A DNA stretch of 62,967 nucleotides, the filler included, from Choristocarpus tenellus KU-1152 (Eukaryota > Protista > Phaeophyceae): the NCBI GenBank assembly GCA_964200185.2. It is 12 parts of 12 records of this genome, joined end to end, with 100 filler letters (N's around TTAATTAATTAA, not from the genome) between each part and the next. Parts side by side here need not be neighbours in the genome. Positions count along the whole stretch, not along the records: positions 59,859 to 62,967 come from CAXNAD020022273.1; 11 more parts are not named here. One strand, given 5' to 3'. The notes beneath the pieces are model-generated. The model was not told the DNA's origin, searched no databases, and saw only the letters and a program-made list of their open reading frames with translations. This document shows, in pieces, positions 62,924-62,967 of the stretch (its first letter is position 1; each line of letters starts with the position of its first letter). A program made the position numbers and the translations under genes.

Positions 62924-62967
62924 GGCTCAAAGTATCTGGGGGGGGGGGTAGCAGCGGTCCGTTTGGG
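62924..62967 (-). mobile_element. MITE F1 right end, reverse orientation (truncated by window end)
   Basis: ggctcaaagtatctggggg..gcagcggtccgtttggg. Confidence 0.8.

Noticed and set aside
16226-62967. Functional gene cluster (UBA1, TraB, GT27, PI4K)
   Set aside because: Each gene is on a separate contig; adjacency is not established.

Overview
Eukaryotic, intron-rich genomic DNA. It is most consistent with a photosynthetic stramenopile such as a brown-algal relative; this is inferred from GT-AG introns, TTAGGG repeats, a bipartite plastid-type presequence and gene content. The window is not contiguous: 12 contigs are joined by 11 identical 100-nt spacers (N44-TTAATTAATTAA-N44), so adjacency across spacers is unproven. 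Host genes, all partial and hand-spliced: ubiquitin-activating enzyme E1, a plastid-type TraB protein (with a GC-AG intron), a GT27-like polypeptide GalNAc transferase, a PI 4-kinase, a 938-codon exon of an unknown two-TM protein and a coiled-coil exon. Mobile DNA: Copia, PIF/Harbinger and mariner relics; two diverged copies of an intron-containing DDD transposase (Sola2-like), one lacking its catalytic core; and at least 18 whole or partial copies of three related MITE subfamilies sharing the terminal core CAAAGTATCT. The two strongest novelty candidates are (1) a PI4K apparently spliced to an N-terminal 4-TM TAPL-TMD0/MENTAL-like membrane module and (2) the spliced transposase, its deletion derivative and the MITEs considered as one transposon system. 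All family assignments come from motif recognition by eye; no database searches were run.
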